From positions 1 through 64,000 of the forward strand of contig CAWBZI010000007.1 in NCBI GenBank assembly GCA_963793265.1: a stretch of DNA of 64,000 nucleotides, read 5' to 3'. How positions within the stretch are numbered: the first letter of the stretch is position 1; every line of letters begins with the position of its first letter. The notes below the pieces were generated by a model. That model was not told the origin of the DNA and searched no databases. It saw only the letters and a program-made list of their open reading frames with translations. This document shows, one piece after another, positions 9,489-23,003 of the stretch. The DNA is from an uncultured cyanobacterium (GTDB lineage: Bacteria; Cyanobacteriota; Cyanobacteriia; Phormidesmidales; Phormidesmidaceae). The translations under genes were made by a program, and so were the position numbers.

Positions 9489-10670
9489 CTACCCCTGATC
9501 AAGGTCACTGACGACCTGATTGCGTCCTGATGTTTTTGCCTGAAGCAGGTACTGATCGGCTCGGTGCAGCAGGCTGCGGCCTTTGGGGTCGTCTTCATCA
9601 CACAGCTCTGTGAGCCCAATGCTGACGGTGAGCGGGAGCTGGCTAGGGGTATCAACGGCTAGCCCTAAGTTGAAAGGCGTTTGATCGATGGACTGCCGCA
9701 GGCGCTGTGCGATCGCTATCCCCTCCTCTAAATCAGTATTATTCAGCGTAATGACAAACTCCTCACCGCCATACCGAAAGGGCGTGTCGTAAAAGCGCAT
9801 ATTGGCCAGCAGTCGCTTCGCCAGCATCTTAAGCACATCATCGCCAACCAAGTGCCCATAGCGATCGTTAACAGACTTAAAAAAGTCAATATCGAGCATC
9901 ATCAGCGACAGGGGTAATCCCTTAGCACGGGCAACTTTAATCTGGCGCGGCAGCTCCAGGTCAAACGCCCGCCTGTTGCTGAGCTGCGTGAGTGCGTCTA
10001 CAAGGGCCACCGCCGAGAGCCAGTCATTAATTCGGGAGAGATCCCGGTAGCGCTGAGCCCGATTGAGCCCAATTTGTATATAAGCCTGAATCAGTCGCTG
10101 CTGGCTCTGTCTAAACCTAATTGGGATGATGGTCTGGCTCGCAACCTTGCAGCCACTAGCAAACGCTTCATGCTTAAGCCAGGGATCAGCAGCTACTTCG
10201 TCTTTACTCGCTTTGTCTAGCCCTTTGTCTAGCCCTTTGTCTAGCCCCTTATCTGGGCTAGCTGGCATCAGCCAAATATAGGCATCAGCGCCTGTTTCTA
10301 ACGCCTCTACCTTCTTTTCTATATAAAGCTCCGACAGACCGTCTAAGATATTGTCTGGCAACGTTTTTAGCTTGCTTTCGCCAGAATAAGCGCCATGCCC
10401 GTTCCGCTGCTCCTCACGAAAAAATCTGCCCGGCTCGTCTAGCACAATAAAATAGATACTCTGACGCTCCTGGCTAAACGTTTTAAGTACCGATCCTTCT
10501 ACTAGCTCGGATGCCTGCACAAGTACCACATCAGGCATTGCCTCTCCCATTAGCTCAATAGCTTCGAGCACAGAAGTGACAGCGATCGCGGTGAGCGCAT
10601 CTAATCCTCGCACTTGCGTAGTGATGCTGGCCGTAAAATACTCACTCCCAATCAGCAACACACTATTCAT
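9489..10670 (-). CDS. Diguanylate cyclase with degenerate receiver-like N-terminus
   Basis: DALTQLSNRR, DIDFFKSVNDRYGHLVGD, RFYD I-site, GGEEF. The receiver-like region has Q at the Asp position (PDVVLVQA). Confidence 0.9.
   Translation of the reverse strand: MNSVLLIGSEYFTASITTQVRGLDALTAIAVTSVLEAIELMGEAMPDVVLVQASELVEGSVLKTFSQERQSIYFIVLDEPGRFFREEQRNGHGAYSGESKLKTLPDNILDGLSELYIEKKVEALETGADAYIWLMPASPDKGLDKGLDKGLDKASKDEVAADPWLKHEAFASGCKVASQTIIPIRFRQSQQRLIQAYIQIGLNRAQRYRDLSRINDWLSAVALVDALTQLSNRRAFDLELPRQIKVARAKGLPLSLMMLDIDFFKSVNDRYGHLVGDDVLKMLAKRLLANMRFYDTPFRYGGEEFVITLNNTDLEEGIAIAQRLRQSIDQTPFNLGLAVDTPSQLPLTVSIGLTELCDEDDPKGRSLLHRADQYLLQAKTSGRNQVVSDLDQG
10211..10246. repeat. 12-bp tandem repeat (CTTTGTCTAGCC x3) encoding (DKGL)n in the diguanylate cyclase
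   Basis: Three exact copies read directly. Confidence 0.9.
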
Positions 10671-11285
10671 AAAAGGTAAACCCGAGAAGCATCAGAAGGG
10701 CAATTGTTTTATACAGCAGAGTTTGAAATTGAAGGCTAGGTTCTCATCGTATAGAGAGCGTTATATAGCTTCCTATACGGTGTTTCCTACAGAGAAAAAA
10801 ATTAGGAAAACGGTTCTTTCTATTTGAACGTTAGATCTTTACAAACAGTTAGCGTTCTACTGAGACAAAGGATTGAACAGCATAGTGTCTTTATTTGCAT
10901 TTCTGGAATAGTTTTGTACACAGCGTTGTATACATCAGAAGACTTGAGGTCAGCAGATTAATTCCATTCATAACCTACCTGTAATACTCTGGCAACTCAA
11001 GCAAATATGCTCTTTTCTATCGTAGATAGAGAGCATATAGAGTCCTTTTAGTCCAATCCTATCGGCATGAGTGCAGATGGAATACTGATACCTTAGAGCA
11101 AAACTGAACAACTACACGGATGTTCTTACTTGAGAGCAGCTTATGTTCTGACTTGTGGTCTATTGTGCGCCTTAAGGCGTAGTTGAGTTTAGCGATCGCC
11201 AAACTTGTCAGTCGAAACTTCCGAGATTGTGGCAACATTGATAGGATCTGGAGCGCCTTATCGTCCTCACTGGCCGTTAATATCT

Positions 11286-13973
11286 ATGTCCGTCAATAAG
11301 CCTGTCAAAAAAAGCAGTTCTTCCTCCACTGAGGTGCCTGGTAAAAAATCTCAGCTTACTAGCTTGAGTGGCGCTGATATTCGCCAAAAGTTCTTAGAAT
11401 TCTATGCGACTAGAGGACACCAGCTTCTCGACAGCGCGTCACTGGTGCCAGAAGACCCCACTGTGCTATTAACAATTGCGGGGATGCTGCCTTTTAAGCC
11501 AATCTTTTTAGGCCAGCGCGAGGCTGATTTTGACCGGGCGACGACGGCGCAAAAATGCATTCGCACGAACGATATTGAGAATGTGGGCCGAACCGCGCGG
11601 CACCATACGTTTTTTGAGATGCTGGGTAATTTCAGCTTTGGTGACTACTTTAAAAAGGAGGCGATCGCCTGGGCCTGGGAACTCTCTACCACCGTTTTTA
11701 ACCTGCCGCCTGAGCGCATTGTTCCCAGCGTGTTCCGCGACGACGACGAAGCCTTTGCCATTTGGCGCGACGATATTGGCATTGCCGAAAACCGCATTAT
11801 CCGCATGGGCGAAGCCGACAACTTTTGGAAGTCTGGGGCGACTGGCCCTTGCGGCCCGTGCTCTGAGCTGTACTACGACTTCCACCCCGAGCGCGGCGAC
11901 GACACTATCGATCTTGAAGACGACACTCGCTTTATTGAGTACTACAACCTCGTCTTTATGCAATACAACCGCGATGCATCTGGCGAGCTGACGCCACTGC
12001 AAGCGCAAAATATTGACACAGGCTTAGGTTTAGAGCGCATGGCCCAAATTTTACAGGGCGCACCCAACAACTATGAAACTGACCTAATTTTCCCGATTAT
12101 TAAAACCGCTGCCGACATTGCCAAAGTGGACTATCACAAAGCAACAGACGCGCAAAAAGTCTCTCTTAAGGTGATTGGAGATCACGTGCGTTCTGTTGTG
12201 CATATGGTTTCTGATGGCATAACAGCTTCTAACGTCGGTCGCGGCTACGTATTGCGCCGCCTCATCCGCAGAGTTGTTCGGCACGGTAGGTTGTTGGGGA
12301 TTGACGATTTATTTACCATCAAGGTTGCAGAGACAGCGATTCAGCTTTCTGAAAAGCCTTATCCACTGGTTCGTAAGCGCGAGAATGCGATTGTCAACGA
12401 GCTAGAAAGAGAAGAGACACAGTTTCTTAAAACCCTGGAGCGCGGTGAAAAGCGACTGGCTGACATTTTAGAGCGTAAGCCTAAGCAGGTGTCGGGCGCG
12501 GATGCGTTTGAGCTATACGACACGTACGGCTTTCCGCTGGAGCTGACTCAAGAGATTGCAGAAGAGAGTGGAATTGCTGTTGATGAGGCTGAATTCAACA
12601 AAGAGATGGCGCAGCAGCGGCAGCGCTCAAAAGAAGCGCACGAAACCATTGATTTGACGGTGCAGGGCAGCTTGGATACGCTGGCGAGCAAGATTGAGGC
12701 GACTGATTTTGTGGGCTACGAGCAGAACGATAGCCAGAGTAAGGTTGAGGCTATTTTGTTAGAAGGAGAGTCTGCCGCTCAGGCTGAGACGGGCGCTGAG
12801 GTACAGGTCGTGCTAGATAAAACGCCTTTTTATGCGGAGTCAGGGGGGCAGATTGGCGATCGCGGCTATCTCTCAGGTGAAGACTTAGTGATTCGCGTTG
12901 AGGATGTGAAAAAAGAAGGGGCGTTCTTTGTGCACTTTGGCAAAGTGGAGCGGGGCAGTGTGAAGGTGGGCGATCGCCTCAGCGCTAAAATCGATCGTGC
13001 CTGCCGCCGCCGGGCTCAGGCAAATCACACGGCCACTCACCTTTTGCAGGCTGCGCTGAAGTCTTTAGTAGACGACTCTATTTCTCAGGCTGGCTCTTTG
13101 GTTGATTTTGACCGTCTGCGCTTTGACTTCCACGCGCCTAAAGCCCTCACGCCCGAGCAGCTTGAGCAGGTCGAAAAGCAGGTGAATACCTGGATTGCTG
13201 AGGCTCACAGCGCCGATGTGCAAACGATGCCGATTGCCGAGGCTAAGGCCAAAGGTGCGGTGGCGATGTTTGGTGAAAAATATGGCGATGAAGTGCGGGT
13301 GATTGACTACCGTGGCATTTCGATGGAGCTGTGTGGTGGTACGCACGTGGGCAATACAGCAGAGATTGGGGTGTTCAAAATTATTTCTGAAACCGGGGTT
13401 GCCGCTGGCATTCGGCGGATTGAGGCGGTAGCCGGGCCTGCGGTGTTGGATTATTTGGAGGTGCGCGATCGCATTGTCAGGGAGCTAAGCGACAGATTCA
13501 AAACCAAGCCCGAAGAAATCACTGAGCGCGTCACGAGCCTGCAAGGCGAACTGAGAACCACTCAAAAGGAACTGGCTACCCTAAAGTCTGAACTTGCCTT
13601 AGCCAAGTCCGATCAGCTCCTCGGCAAAGCTGAAGACTTTGGCGGCACGCCTGTGATTGTTGCGAACTTAGAGGCGGTAGAGCCCGAAGCGCTAAAAGCG
13701 GCGGCTGAGAGGCTGCTGCAAAAGCTAGGCGATGGCGCGGTTGTGCTGGGTTCTGTGCCCGCTGAGGGCAAGGTGAGCTTAGTGGCGGCTTTTAGTAAGC
13801 CTGTGATTGGCAAAGGCTTGCAGGCAGGAAAGTTTATTGGCGGCATTGCTAAGCTATGCGGCGGCGGCGGCGGCGGTAGGCCAAACTTTGCCCAGGCAGG
13901 CGGACGCGATGCGGCTAAGCTACCGGAGGCGTTAGAAGCTGCGAAAAGCCAGCTTGAAGAGACTCTAAATTAG
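11286..13973 (+). CDS. alaS: Alanine--tRNA ligase; ORF open from 11205
   Basis: [47 protein letters not shown] and [14 protein letters not shown]. Confidence 0.98.
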   Translation: MSVNKPVKKSSSSSTEVPGKKSQLTSLSGADIRQKFLEFYATRGHQLLDSASLVPEDPTVLLTIAGMLPFKPIFLGQREADFDRATTAQKCIRTNDIENVGRTARHHTFFEMLGNFSFGDYFKKEAIAWAWELSTTVFNLPPERIVPSVFRDDDEAFAIWRDDIGIAENRIIRMGEADNFWKSGATGPCGPCSELYYDFHPERGDDTIDLEDDTRFIEYYNLVFMQYNRDASGELTPLQAQNIDTGLGLERMAQILQGAPNNYETDLIFPIIKTAADIAKVDYHKATDAQKVSLKVIGDHVRSVVHMVSDGITASNVGRGYVLRRLIRRVVRHGRLLGIDDLFTIKVAETAIQLSEKPYPLVRKRENAIVNELEREETQFLKTLERGEKRLADILERKPKQVSGADAFELYDTYGFPLELTQEIAEESGIAVDEAEFNKEMAQQRQRSKEAHETIDLTVQGSLDTLASKIEATDFVGYEQNDSQSKVEAILLEGESAAQAETGAEVQVVLDKTPFYAESGGQIGDRGYLSGEDLVIRVEDVKKEGAFFVHFGKVERGSVKVGDRLSAKIDRACRRRAQANHTATHLLQAALKSLVDDSISQAGSLVDFDRLRFDFHAPKALTPEQLEQVEKQVNTWIAEAHSADVQTMPIAEAKAKGAVAMFGEKYGDEVRVIDYRGISMELCGGTHVGNTAEIGVFKIISETGVAAGIRRIEAVAGPAVLDYLEVRDRIVRELSDRFKTKPEEITERVTSLQGELRTTQKELATLKSELALAKSDQLLGKAEDFGGTPVIVANLEAVEPEALKAAAERLLQKLGDGAVVLGSVPAEGKVSLVAAFSKPVIGKGLQAGKFIGGIAKLCGGGGGGRPNFAQAGGRDAAKLPEALEAAKSQLEETLN

Positions 13974-14149
13974 TGCCTGAGATCATTTGGACGTCCTATC
14001 TTCGCTATCGTGCAGTCCAAAGAGGCTTCGATCTTTCTCTTATTGAAGAGATCTTACGCTTCTCAAACGAGAGAATCACTATTCACGCTATAACCAAACA
14101 GCAAATTCGTTTTCGCGTTAAAAATGGAAGGTTCATTATTGATGTCTGA
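13973..14149 (+). pseudogene. Short (58-aa) probable toxin remnant upstream of the DUF2283 gene, apparently internally deleted
   Basis: Hand-translated: [58 protein letters not shown]. It overlaps the alaS stop and the DUF2283 start, and resembles the N- and C-termini of ~90-aa DUF2283 partners. Confidence 0.55.
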
Positions 14150-14387
14150 TACTAAGCAATCTAATCCACAAATGAACTACTTCCAGGAAGAGGATGTTTT
14201 ACATCTACTGATCTCTAAGGAAGTAGAAGCAGGCAGCGTTGAAATCAGCCCTAATATCACGGCTGAGCTGAATGAAGCGGGAGAACTTATCGGCGTAGAA
14301 ATTTTAAACGCTAGTACATATATCCGAGACTCTATCTTAGAATCGGTTCAAGGAAAGCTGCTTAACTTAGTAGCAGCCCAATCATAG
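14142..14387 (+). CDS. DUF2283 domain protein (putative antitoxin)
   Basis: YFQEEDVLHL...SVEISPNITAELNEAGELIGVEILNAS. Confidence 0.85.
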   Translation: MSDTKQSNPQMNYFQEEDVLHLLISKEVEAGSVEISPNITAELNEAGELIGVEILNASTYIRDSILESVQGKLLNLVAAQS

Positions 14388-14423
14388 GATGATCCTAATA
14401 GGTGTCTTTGTTGCTGGTAGTCG

Positions 14424-14639
14424 CTAATGCTTATTCTGTATCCGCTCAAAGTCTGAGTCATTGCCTACTTCAGGAACTAGGCATAAGACTTCAGAAAAAG
14501 GCTTTCTGGGAGGGCATGTCAACACTTGTTCTAGAATCTTACGATGCTCGGTTTCTGCACTGACACCATGTTTGTTTGCTCGCTCTTTAAGTGCTAGAAC
14601 GACGGATTCGTCAATATTGTGAACAACCAAGTCAGCCAC
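14424..14639 (-). CDS. FitA/StbC-like ribbon-helix-helix antitoxin, orphan
   Basis: ADLVVHNIDESVVLALKERANKHGVSAETEHRKIL pattern; no PIN toxin gene follows. Confidence 0.8.
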   Translation of the reverse strand: MADLVVHNIDESVVLALKERANKHGVSAETEHRKILEQVLTCPPRKPFSEVLCLVPEVGNDSDFERIQNKH

Positions 14640-14703
14640 GGGCAATCTCCCTTTTTACGCATAGTATAGATTTCAAGTTACTTCAAAGATAGCACTGGTA
14701 CTC

Positions 14704-16633
14704 TCACAGACCAGTACTTTCACAAATATAGTGTGCGTAGCTATACGATCCTTTACTGCCGTTACTATCTGACGGACGCATACACCGCTCGCTTTCTAAA
14801 TCAGGGCGAAAGTTGAACAGCCACAGATCAAACGGACGCGCAACAACTTTCAAACTCTCTTTGAGGGCGACGGCAGGGTCGCTATTAGTAACAGTATTCC
14901 TTTCGGCAATTACAAACTGCGGCTCACCCTTCCATTCTTCAACCCCTACACCATTATCCAACTGTCTTTTTACCTCCCACGCAATCGAGACAATCTCGTT
15001 GCCAATCACGCTGGGCTGATCGCTCACAATCGCCCTAATGCCAATAACCACCGGCAGCGTAGACTCTTCACGAACGAAGTTAACGATCCGATTAGCCTTG
15101 TAGAATTTGAGATGGCTTAAGTCGTTGACGATGGCCTGAGTCCCTAAAAAAGCGATTAATAGGACGGTTGCAACAAAGGCTCGCCCGCTGATAGAACGCT
15201 TGATGAACGGTAGCTTTACAGCGTTGAGTTTATGAGCTTCAGGCGCTGAAGATGGTTGCAAAAAGGGCGCTAGTCCTGCGCCGACGAGTACCACGATGCT
15301 CGGGAAGTAGACGAAGCTGTAGCGGTGGCCTCGGGTGATGTCGAAGCCTACGCCGTAGCAGATAGTGAGAAAAAGAATGTTGCCGATGACGAAGAAGCCG
15401 CCAATCGCTAGGAGTCCGGGGCGGCGGTGAAGATTGGCCCACTGGTGTTTGAGCGATCGCCTCAAGTTAACCCCCAGCCAAGGCGTATAAAAAAGCAGCA
15501 CAAACACAGACGTAACGACAACAGTTGCCGTGCCAATTGTGCCGTAAGCGCTAGTGATCGGTGAAGCTACCGCATAGAGCCAGCCCACTACGGACTGCAC
15601 AATTGGATCGACCCAGAATTTCCAGCTCCCTTGCGCTGAGGTGATGTAGGTAGTCTGTGGGGAGCCGTAGAAGTTCAATAGAATAGGAAGCCAAACCAAA
15701 GCGCCGACAAGAGAGCCTACGGCGGCGGTGTAGATTTTGGGCCAGGGCGATCGCCGCCAGCGAGATCCTTTTTCTGCAATCTGACGAATCAACATAGCCA
15801 GCAGCATCAATCCTTGAGCGCAGATAGCAATGCCGCAAAAGTAATGAACAGAAATGCTCAGCGTATTAATGACAATCCAGCTTACTCGTTGTTAGCCAGC
15901 TCAGCGGCCTGCGATACCAGGCGGCTTTTACCGCCAGTGCAAAGCAGCAAAGCGAGGCGATGATCATCAAGATTGCGAGCGTGTAGTGGCGAGCTTCTTG
16001 CGAGAGAAAGACGCTAAAAGGCGATACGGCCATCAGCGCAGCGCAGATTAAGCCGATTGAAGTGGTGCGATCAGGTGCATTTACAGGATTCGAGAGATCT
16101 TCAGGCGACTCTATAGAGGATTGAACAGAGGGATCTTTGCTGAAGCTGAGGTAGGCCAGTATGTATGTGGCCGGAACCGATAGTGCGCCAAATATGGCCG
16201 GGAGGGCGCGAGCGGCCCATAGCGACGCGTAGCCGTCTGAGCGGGGGAATAGCTGCATCCACCAGTGGGCAATCACGAAGTAGGCGGGCGGATGGTTGTT
16301 TTCTTTAAGCAGATTGATCGCCGCGTCCCAAGCTGTCGCGCCGGGGGTGAAGCGTAGGGCTCTAAGGATTTGATCGAGGCTGATGATTTGATCGGTGGGG
16401 ATGAGGCGTGAGGAGTTGCCTAAGCTGAAAAGGACGGTGGAGACTTCATCCATCCAGGCGGGTTTGGAGGCGAGGTTGATAAAGCGAATAGCCAGGGCGA
16501 TCGCAAACCAAAAAAGCAGCCACTTAACAACGGTCTTTGGGGCAAAAGCACCTTTCCCTGTAGCCTGACGATGCGGCAATTCTTCCTGAGAAAAATCGCC
16601 TGCTCCACCGCTTTTCTCGCCCGAGATGGTCAT
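14704..16633 (-). pseudogene. GT-C fold glycosyltransferase (family 39/PMT-like), frameshifted near 15885
   Basis: The 5' ORF has WMDE, NNHPPAYF and SQEARHYTL. The protein continues in another frame (SWIVINTLSISVHYFCG...) into ORF 14704-15810. Confidence 0.82.
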
Positions 16634-16709
16634 GTTCTTTCCTACTTTCTAGTCTGCGATTGCGTTTCTATGGGTATTTAAACGCTACACGATTTACGAA
16701 ACCGTCAGA

Positions 16710-17762
16710 TTAGAATTTTTGTTCGTATAGCCAGGCGATCGCGGCCCCCACTACTTCAGCTAAAGTACTCACCAGCCGATAGCAGGCCACGCTGCCTAAC
16801 ACGATGCCATGTGGAAACTGACCGCCTAGCAGCACCACCGCACTCGCTTCAAACACACCTATGCCGCCTGGCGCACCCGGTATCACTAGCCCCAGCAGCC
16901 AGGCAATGCTAAACGTAGAGACTAATAAGGGCCAGTCTGTCGGTGTGACTGGCATCAGCGCTACTAGGGTGATGATGAAGCCGACTGAGCGCCACAGAAC
17001 AAAACCCATTTCACCAAGCAGTGGGCGCAATGGGTACTGCTTCAATTTGAGCGATGGTGCGCCCTCATCTGCAACAAAAGCCGACTGATTTGCCGCTTCA
17101 GCCTTCATCTCCACTGTTAAAGGGACTGAAGGCGATCTGTCCCCAAACCTACCTAGCTTTAGCTTGCCTAGCTTGATCCGACTCATTTGAGCCAACCGTG
17201 GATTTAGCCAGCGTGGGTGAAGCAGCAGCAGCGCGACTATCCAGATCGCCGCTAGGCCCAGTGTCCACAGCGGCCCGCTGCCGACTTGATTGGTGGGGTT
17301 GCGGATGTCTGTGAGGCAAAAAATACCGCTGGCGATCGCCCCTAAGCCCACTGCTGCGACGGCCATCACTAACGGCTCTGCAATCACGCTAGCGATCGCC
17401 TTACCAAACGGCCCACCCGACTGCTGCACCGCCCGCACCCGGCCAAAAAAGTGCCAGATATTGCCCGGCAGGTATTTAGCGACATTTGTAAACAGATACA
17501 CGCGCACCGCCCACAGACCGCTCAAAGGAAGGCCCCACGCCTGCAAAAGCCAGTGCCATACCCAGCCCGCCCAGCTATGCGCCAATAGCGACATCAGCCA
17601 GGCTAAAGCCAGATAGCGCCAGCTTATTGCCGTCAGATCAATCGCCATCACCTCAGGCCAGTTAACCCTGAGCGTTTCGACAATAAAAAATACCGTCGCG
17701 CCCCAAATGACCCACCGAACAAAGCGCTTAAAGCTACGACTAGACTTGAGGCTGCTTAACAT
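16710..17762 (-). CDS. Lysylphosphatidylglycerol synthase TM-domain (UPF0104/flippase-like) protein
   Basis: AKYLPGNIW, PGAPGGIGVFEA and YRLVST motifs. Confidence 0.85.
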   Translation of the reverse strand: MLSSLKSSRSFKRFVRWVIWGATVFFIVETLRVNWPEVMAIDLTAISWRYLALAWLMSLLAHSWAGWVWHWLLQAWGLPLSGLWAVRVYLFTNVAKYLPGNIWHFFGRVRAVQQSGGPFGKAIASVIAEPLVMAVAAVGLGAIASGIFCLTDIRNPTNQVGSGPLWTLGLAAIWIVALLLLHPRWLNPRLAQMSRIKLGKLKLGRFGDRSPSVPLTVEMKAEAANQSAFVADEGAPSLKLKQYPLRPLLGEMGFVLWRSVGFIITLVALMPVTPTDWPLLVSTFSIAWLLGLVIPGAPGGIGVFEASAVVLLGGQFPHGIVLGSVACYRLVSTLAEVVGAAIAWLYEQKF

Positions 17763-17925
17763 GAGCTACAGAAGTGAGACAACCTTAATACGCCTAGTGC
17801 TTTGTAACGGTGGTTTTAGGGCGCTCAAAGACAGTAGCAAAATTATTAACGGATTGTTAACACCAGATAGGCATAACCAGCCAGTCCGTTAATCTGCACA
17901 ATCCATACTCCGATCAGTGCGCTTC

Positions 17926-19092
17926 TCAGGGTTTTAAGACGACTTTGATACAGCTATCCTTTTTATCGCGGAACATCTTGTAGGCTTCAGGCGCATCGGC
18001 TAGCGGTAGTCGGTGCGTAATTACAAAAGAAGGATCGATTTCGCCGTTTTGAATGCGTTCTAGCAACGGCTTTAAGTATCGCTGCACGTGGGTTTGGCCC
18101 GACTTCATGGTCAATCCTTTGTTCACAAAAGCGCCCATCGGCATTTTATCGACGAAGCCCCCATATACGCCGGGTACAGAGATTTTGCCACCTTTGCGGC
18201 AGGCTGCGATCGCCTGCCTTAGCACCAGCGCCCGCCCCGTCTCTAGCCGCACCGCCTGCTTCACCGTGTCATACAGTGCCATGGGCCCATTCCCATGCGC
18301 TTCTAGCCCCACTGCATCCATACAGCAGTCAGGCCCCATGCCACCCGTCATCTCTTTGAGTGCCTCACCGACATCAACTTCTTCATAGTTGAGCACTTCA
18401 GCGCCGCTCTTTTCTGCCATTGCTAGACGTTCAGGAATACGGTCAATCGCAATTACCCGCTCAGCGCCCAGCATCAATGCGCTACGAATCGCAAACTGTC
18501 CGACCGGGCCACAGCCCCATATCGCTACCGTTTCGCCGGGCTGAATATCGCAGTTTTCAGCAGCCATGTAGCCGGTTGGGAAAATATCGGTGAGAAAGAG
18601 CACCTGATCGTCGGTGAGTCCTTCAGGGACTTTGATAGGGCCGACATCTGCAAAAGGAACGCGCACGTATTCGGCCTGTCCACCTGCGTAGCCACCGACG
18701 AGGTGAGAGTAGCCGTAGATTCCAGCGGGAGAATGGCCCCATAGCTTTTCGGCCAGGCCCGCGTTGGGGTTTGAGTTATCGCATAGTGACCACAGGTCTT
18801 GGTTGCAAAAGAAGCAGCTACCGCAGGAGATGGTGAAGGGAATGACGACGCGATCGCCCTTTACCAAGTTCTTAACGCCAGATCCAGTTTCAACCACCTC
18901 ACCCATAAACTCGTGGCCCAAAATATCGCCCGACACCATGCTGGGAATGTAGCCATCGTAAAGGTGAAGGTCAGAGCCACAGATGGCCGTGGAGGTGACT
19001 TTGATAATGGCGTCACGTGGATTGAGAATTTTGGGATCGGGGACGGTATCGACGCGGACATCTTCGGCGGCGTGCCAGCAAACTGCTTTCAT
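17926..19092 (-). CDS. Zn-dependent alcohol dehydrogenase (glutathione-dependent formaldehyde dehydrogenase-like)
   Basis: ICGSDLH, GHEFMG, CGSCFFC..C, DIFPTG, GCGPVG. Confidence 0.93.
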   Translation of the reverse strand: MKAVCWHAAEDVRVDTVPDPKILNPRDAIIKVTSTAICGSDLHLYDGYIPSMVSGDILGHEFMGEVVETGSGVKNLVKGDRVVIPFTISCGSCFFCNQDLWSLCDNSNPNAGLAEKLWGHSPAGIYGYSHLVGGYAGGQAEYVRVPFADVGPIKVPEGLTDDQVLFLTDIFPTGYMAAENCDIQPGETVAIWGCGPVGQFAIRSALMLGAERVIAIDRIPERLAMAEKSGAEVLNYEEVDVGEALKEMTGGMGPDCCMDAVGLEAHGNGPMALYDTVKQAVRLETGRALVLRQAIAACRKGGKISVPGVYGGFVDKMPMGAFVNKGLTMKSGQTHVQRYLKPLLERIQNGEIDPSFVITHRLPLADAPEAYKMFRDKKDSCIKVVLKP

Positions 19093-19152
19093 GAAATTGA
19101 CTTCCTGGTAGGGTGTGCTTAGTGGGGTGGTTCTAGTAACGGATAGCGGGCG

Positions 19153-19857
19153 TTATCGGGCGGCAGGCTGACCGTCTACCGTGGCAATTTCGCCGGTTTC
19201 CATAAGCTGCTTGAACCGGCTTAGCTCGTCGGCTACCTGCTGTTGAGGCTCTTCGCCAAAGAACTTGGCGAGCGTGGAGGTTAAGGTGCCGCCGGGGGGT
19301 TCGTATTCCATCACGACTTTGACGACTGTGCCGCGATCGCCCCTCGCCGGTTGGAAGCGCACAAATCCTGAGTTTGGCACCATCGCATCTGCCGCAGAAG
19401 CCCAGGCGATTAGGCTGTTGGGTTCATCTTTAACAATTTCGGCATCCCATTCCACATCTTGACCAAACGGAGCGCTAGCAACCCAGTGAGAATGCTTGTC
19501 GTCGCGGGCTGTCACGCTCTTTAGATGCTGCATGAACGTAGGCAGGTTTTCTAGATTGCGCCAAAAGCTGTAGAGTTCGGACGCTGGCCGGTTGATAGTG
19601 ACTGTTTTCTCAACTCGGATAGCATCGTCAAGACCGATGGCGTTTTCAATTTTCTTAAGCGTGCTCTTTTGATTAGCGCCCTGATATACGAGGCCGCCGC
19701 CTGCCATGGCAAGTAATACACCGCGCAGCGATCGCTCCTTCAGCCCGGCCAGCACCATCGCCCCGCCGCCAATCACCGAAGCCCATCGCTCTATATCCCC
19801 AGCCTGCTCGCCTGAGCCCTGAGTGCTAGAACCTTGCGTGCTAATTGACTCTTCCAT
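19153..19857 (-). CDS. SRPBCC (polyketide cyclase/dehydrase-like) protein
   Basis: VEKTVTINRP..LYSFWRNLENLPTFM..SHW, FKQLMETGEI; likely co-transcribed with the dehydrogenase. Confidence 0.9.
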   Translation of the reverse strand: MEESISTQGSSTQGSGEQAGDIERWASVIGGGAMVLAGLKERSLRGVLLAMAGGGLVYQGANQKSTLKKIENAIGLDDAIRVEKTVTINRPASELYSFWRNLENLPTFMQHLKSVTARDDKHSHWVASAPFGQDVEWDAEIVKDEPNSLIAWASAADAMVPNSGFVRFQPARGDRGTVVKVVMEYEPPGGTLTSTLAKFFGEEPQQQVADELSRFKQLMETGEIATVDGQPAAR

Positions 19858-19982
19858 AACCGCTTCCTACTGCTTTCAACATGCCGATCAGCGTAGAAGC
19901 TAGCTATAGGCGAAACGTCTTTCAAAGGGCAGAGAGGGCACCTGGCGCAAGGACTATTCTCAGTGAGCAAAACCAAATCTAA

Positions 19983-22292
<2,310 letters not shown>

Positions 22293-22307
22293 TCAAGCTA
22301 CTCGATT

Positions 22308-22631
22308 TCATGCGGCCATTTCAGTTGCTTCGCAATCGCGGGTCGTGTAATACGCGCTGACGTCGCCAGATGAGAATGCCGCAGGTTCAATGTATTCTCC
22401 TTCTTCGTTATATGACCCAACGCTACTTTGCGTGTACGAAAATACAACCGCCGCTTTATCAACTGCAGCCGCAGCATGACCTGTAGCAGATACCGATAGC
22501 GTGCGCGGTACTCCCGGAAGTGGCTGCATTTGGGCGTTAGCTGATTGCTGAGCGTGAGGTATCATGAGCGCTGCGGTAGCGATCACACCTACCAATAAAG
22601 CCTTAGCGGTTCGTTCAAATAAAATTTTCAT
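22308..22631 (-). pseudogene. 5' fragment of a secreted SIMPL/DUF541-like protein
   Basis: Signal peptide then RTLSVSATGHAAAAVDKA; ends after only 107 aa. Confidence 0.55.
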
Positions 22632-22633
22632 TT

Positions 22634-22714
22634 AACGGGGCGGAGGTATTGCAGCTTTTGCTTGAAGCAGACGGACTACCTGTCCCTGAGCCTCGTTCTG
22701 CGGTAGTTGCTTAA
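22634..22714 (+). pseudogene. Possible 3' remnant of a HicB-like antitoxin gene
   Basis: Hand-translated NGAEVLQLLLEADGLPVPEPRSAVVA*, resembling HicB C-termini; no start codon. Confidence 0.4.
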
Positions 22715-22841
22715 GAAGCAATATTCTTTACTGAGACAGGCTTTCGTAGGCGATCGCTAAAAACTGATCAGCCGTCAAAAAGCCACCACCCAAAGCCTCT
22801 CCATAGTCAGCTAGCGGCTCTGAAGCAACAAATTCCTCTAG

Positions 22842-23003
22842 GGGAGCTGCGCTCAAATAAAGTACCGGCAAACCGACAAATATTGCCCTGGGCATAGCGT
22901 GCTAAGCCCCTACGTCACCGTCAATTTCTGTAGGGGCTTAGCACTGCTATGCCCAGGGCAATGAACAGCGCTATCAGCGGTACTTTATTTAGACGCATGT
23001 CCC
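22842..23003. mobile_element. 162-bp MITE with imperfect 26-bp TIRs, 3-bp TAG duplication, carrying a REP doublet
   Basis: GGGAGCTGCGCTCAAATAAAGTACCG vs the reverse complement of 22978-23003, 21/26 match. TAG at 22839-22841 and 23004-23006. Excision restores the frame GLTL-EEF. Confidence 0.82.
22882..22962. repeat. GTAG-type REP doublet, near-perfect ~32-bp inverted repeat
   Basis: ATTGCCCTGGGCATAGCGTGCTAAGCCCCTAC ... GTAGGGGCTTAGCACTGCTATGCCCAGGGCAAT. Confidence 0.8.

Noticed and set aside
10576..11285. 83-aa ORF or ncRNA in the long gap between the diguanylate cyclase and alaS
   Set aside because: The ORF overlaps the cyclase start on the opposite strand; no recognisable T-box, tRNA or structured RNA
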